Origin: Porphyridium purpureum
Lineage: Eukaryota
Assembly: GCA_008690995.1 (NCBI GenBank)
Contig: VRMN01000002.1
Location: 1,674,001 to 1,738,000, forward strand
DNA length: 64,000 nucleotides
Direction: 5' to 3'
Below the pieces are notes generated by a model, which was given only the letters and a program-made list of their open reading frames with translations, was not told where the DNA came from and did not search any database. A program made the position numbers and the translations under genes. Shown piece after piece: positions 61,127 to 64,000 of this stretch (the first letter of the stretch is position 1; each line of letters opens with the position of its first letter).

Positions 61127-62458
61127 TCACGACAGAATGTAGAGAAGATCCTCTACATGCTTTGGATGCATATGCCGAAGGTCTGCACACGTCCGATTTA
61201 TCTGCCCTTCTTGGTGCTTCTTTTCATGCCCTTTAGACAATTCCAAATGCTGCTTTGCCACCGGTGCATAAAAGTGACAGCGATGATCACGCTCAGGGCA
61301 GTTTTCCATGTAATCTGTGACGAAATCTGCATGCGCAACACCATCATAGAGCAAGAGACGCACCGGCAGCCCTACGCGAGCTGAGGAATGATAAAATGCC
61401 ACGCTTGCGTGGAAGGGAACGGTCGAGTCTGCGCCCGACGTCATCAAATAGAGGGGAGGAAATGATCTGCTCGAATTCTCATCGTGGCACGGCCGCCGTT
61501 GTTCTGAATCTAAATGTTCGTGTGCTCCTACCAATACGGACGCGATTGTATCCCCGTGTAATTGCAACGGTTCGGCGAAAGAGCGCTGGCTTGGTAAGAG
61601 CACGTTACTGAGTGCGTCGCGCGTGAGCACTCGCGCAAGGTGTGTCGGGGACAGGAGGTCAAAGTTTCCGGGGCCGCCCATCGCGGGCTTCATGGTTGAA
61701 ATTTCAGACACGCCCCTCCATGCCTCGTATTGGTAGTGGTGCTCAATATCATAGACACCGGCGGCTAGGACGACTGCTTTGAGATTCAGCTCCAACAGTG
61801 AAGCCATCTTGGCCGGAAATACTTTGCCCAGGTCACCGAGGAGCGCCATGGACACAAGGTGCGCGCCGGCAGAATGGGCAAACACGTAGATGGAATCTGG
61901 GTCGCCCCCGAACGTCGCCACATTCTTGCGCGCCCAAATCAATGCCGCGCGCACATCACAGATCTGATCAACGACGCTTCCGTCTGGGAATATGCGGTAT
62001 GTTACGACGAGCGCCAGAATGTCGTGCTGCAGCGCAAAGAATCGGCCGAGCAACGCATACTGCCAAGTATTTCCGCTTCCCCAAGCGCCACCGTGCACGA
62101 ATACGACAACTTTGCGACGATCACATCGACACGGCTCGCGGTGCGGCAGGTAGATGTCCAACACTTGCCTGTCGTGCGGACGGGCCGCATCAGAGTCCTT
62201 CGCGTCTTCTTCTTCATCGCTACAGATATCATCTGAAACGATTTCGGCGGCGTATGAAACCCCTTTGTGGAGAAGACCAGACCAAGGCAGGACGATGTAA
62301 TACTGAACAAGAAGGCGAACGCCAAGCCACACGTTCTCCAACCCCAGATTTTGAACCACAAGCACGAGAAAGAAGAGCACAAACCGAGCCCGCGCGCGAG
62401 CGGAGTCCAGCTTGCGCCACGTAGCGACCACTGCCGCTGCTACATGCGACATGGACAT
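61127..62458 (-). CDS. Alpha/beta hydrolase, isoprenylcysteine methylesterase (ICME)-like
   Basis: VVFVHGGAWGSG, YRIFP, FGGDP, AHSAGAHL nucleophile elbow, D.TVP, H.D; N-terminal hydrophobic segment. Confidence 0.88.
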   Translation of the reverse strand: MSMSHVAAAVVATWRKLDSARARARFVLFFLVLVVQNLGLENVWLGVRLLVQYYIVLPWSGLLHKGVSYAAEIVSDDICSDEEEDAKDSDAARPHDRQVLDIYLPHREPCRCDRRKVVVFVHGGAWGSGNTWQYALLGRFFALQHDILALVVTYRIFPDGSVVDQICDVRAALIWARKNVATFGGDPDSIYVFAHSAGAHLVSMALLGDLGKVFPAKMASLLELNLKAVVLAAGVYDIEHHYQYEAWRGVSEISTMKPAMGGPGNFDLLSPTHLARVLTRDALSNVLLPSQRSFAEPLQLHGDTIASVLVGAHEHLDSEQRRPCHDENSSRSFPPLYLMTSGADSTVPFHASVAFYHSSARVGLPVRLLLYDGVAHADFVTDYMENCPERDHRCHFYAPVAKQHLELSKGHEKKHQEGQINRTCADLRHMHPKHVEDLLYILS

Positions 62459-62487
62459 AACAACGCTTCCTCACCACTTTTACAATT

Positions 62488-62832
62488 TCAATGCTTTTTC
62501 TCTAGCGCCTGGAGTACGCGGTGCTGCGCGTCCATCGCCTTCTGACGAAGTTTAGCCAGACGCCGAGCTCTCTTGTCGCCGCGCTCTCCCAACTTGGAGG
62601 TTTGCTTGCCCTTCGTGTGCTCTCCCTCGAGCAAAAGAACCGCCTGTTGTGTCCGCCTCGCACGGATACTGCGGATCATCTGTTCCACCACTGTCGGCGG
62701 CTGCGTTGAGGCCGGGCTCCCTTTCGAAGGCTTGACCTGCCTCGTCTTCTTGGCCTTCTTTCGCGATCGACCTTTATTGAGCAAGGCAACCTGGCGCGCG
62801 ACGCGCGAGCTTCCTTGCGTGGTGCTTTTCAT
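62488..62832 (-). CDS. Small Lys/Arg-rich hypothetical protein
   Basis: 114-aa ORF from ATG 62832, basic and helical, fills the gap between two genes. Confidence 0.55.
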   Translation of the reverse strand: MKSTTQGSSRVARQVALLNKGRSRKKAKKTRQVKPSKGSPASTQPPTVVEQMIRSIRARRTQQAVLLLEGEHTKGKQTSKLGERGDKRARRLAKLRQKAMDAQHRVLQALEKKH

Positions 62833-62963
62833 CCGCTTATAGACCAATACCGTTTAATGCCTTCCCAACCGCTACAAGGCGAAATAAACGTCCACCGGCC
62901 GATCAAATGAACGTCGGTCTCGATTCCTTGTGACAGAACAAGTGGTATACCAGAGTCCTAGGG

Positions 62964-64000
62964 TTACCAGAATGTGGTCTGTGCGTCAGAGTAGTCAGCA
63001 TGCGTTGCCAGATCAGGGTGCGATGACTTCGAGCCGTACAAGCTCTCCTTCCTCTTGCGGCGTTTCAAAATGAAAACTGCAATCAGAATGAGTCCAATCA
63101 CAGCTAGCGTCACAAAGGCTCCAATCACGCCTGCAACGACGGGGCTCATTCCCCCAGAATCCGGGTCGCCATCCACCAGGCACAAGGTGACCTGGTCCTC
63201 GTTAGATATTTGGCACGCAGAGCACCACTCAGAAACAGAGCGGGCTTGTCCAGCAATAAGCTCCAGCATGCTTGCGGAATTGCAGAACGCATCGTTCTGG
63301 TTGCACACTGGCAAGCCTACGTAGCTCCACTCAAAATCTGAGAGGGAAGCAGTCAGAGCTTGGTTTCGAATGTAAACCACACGTAGCGCCCGCTCGCCGG
63401 TGTCCCTATCCTGCTCAAACTGAATCACGACCGAGCCACCAAACGGCGGGATCTCGCCTGACACGCCAGATTCAGAATATGGAAGGCCGAGCCCCGCAAG
63501 CAACGAAAAGAGAGTCGGGTAATGTACAGAATAAGCCTTGAACTTTGGCACGTCCTGCCCGTCAAAGTAGCGGCTCAGATCACTGTGCAGGTCGTTCAGG
63601 ATAAGCGTGGCACCGAGCACGGTGGGCTGCACATTGAGCGAAAACTTGCGGGATTCTACGTAATCTGCAATGGAGCGCACCTCTTCAAATTCAGCCTCCG
63701 TCAAAGTCGGCATATTGCCAACACCAGTGACGTCCCCAAGTGCCGGATACGTTCGAGCGAGCAAGGCACGATCGTAAAGGTTCCACCAGTTCTGCATAGA
63801 CACGTCGCCGTTGATTGCGTACGGGGTGAACCGATTCCTAAAGTCCTTGGTTGAACTTTCGCGCGCCTTGAACTCTTCCGACCCAAACCACTCGAGCTGC
63901 AAATCATTGACTGCCGGGCAACTGGCGTATGCGCGAATCATTTCGTTGTCCAATAAGCTACTTCTGACGGGAACATCGTCTCCCGGCAGCAGACCCTCTG
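62964..64000 (-). CDS. Histidine acid phosphatase-like type I membrane protein, 5'-partial (runs off the window)
   Basis: Frame open to the window end; KAYSVHYPTLFSLL..LG, PPFGGSVVIQF, C-terminal TM followed by KRRKRK. Confidence 0.75.
   Translation of the reverse strand, partial: EGLLPGDDVPVRSSLLDNEMIRAYASCPAVNDLQLEWFGSEEFKARESSTKDFRNRFTPYAINGDVSMQNWWNLYDRALLARTYPALGDVTGVGNMPTLTEAEFEEVRSIADYVESRKFSLNVQPTVLGATLILNDLHSDLSRYFDGQDVPKFKAYSVHYPTLFSLLAGLGLPYSESGVSGEIPPFGGSVVIQFEQDRDTGERALRVVYIRNQALTASLSDFEWSYVGLPVCNQNDAFCNSASMLELIAGQARSVSEWCSACQISNEDQVTLCLVDGDPDSGGMSPVVAGVIGAFVTLAVIGLILIAVFILKRRKRKESLYGSKSSHPDLATHADYSDAQTTFW

Noticed and set aside
526..63907. Numerous antisense and alternate-frame ORFs overlapping the called genes
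   Set aside because: Expected shadow ORFs in GC-rich coding DNA; none shows family motifs

Overview
Gene-dense eukaryotic nuclear DNA with about 35 protein-coding genes, very few introns (three supported by GT-AG ends and matching phase) and very short intergenic spacers. Several genes start with plastid transit peptides of the MAFV type. This points to a unicellular red alga, consistent with Porphyridium (inference). Recognisable genes include SRP9, a TPK K+ channel, a SOQ1/NHLRC2-like protein, an RluA-type pseudouridine synthase, LSm7, an FG-GAP propeller protein, GDT1/CMT1, (6-4) photolyase, a bromodomain protein, CSE1, LpxB, GLE1, a PMT-like protein, atypical E2F/DEL, PSMB2, a MIP/aquaporin, a GT31-like glycosyltransferase, JMJD6, a MYND protein, aminopeptidase P, cyclophilin, an SH3 protein, MSH4, an ICME-like hydrolase and a histidine acid phosphatase cut by the window edge. 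The most striking signal is a set of apparently coupled genes. (1) Plastid aminopeptidase P ends in a twin-arginine (Tat) signal that splices in frame onto a cyclophilin. (2) A plastid aquaporin is linked to a conserved membrane ORF through an A10 run in the -1 frame with a TGATG overlap. (3) Small ORFs sit 27-29 nt upstream of larger same-strand genes. Also notable are an RFTS-bromodomain-CFP1-like chromatin protein, tandem Tat lumenal paralogues, several probable pseudo-enzymes and a secreted Gly/Tyr/Lys repeat protein. No rRNA, tRNA, CRISPR array or intact transposon was recognised. Family assignments come from motif recognition by eye, not database searches.
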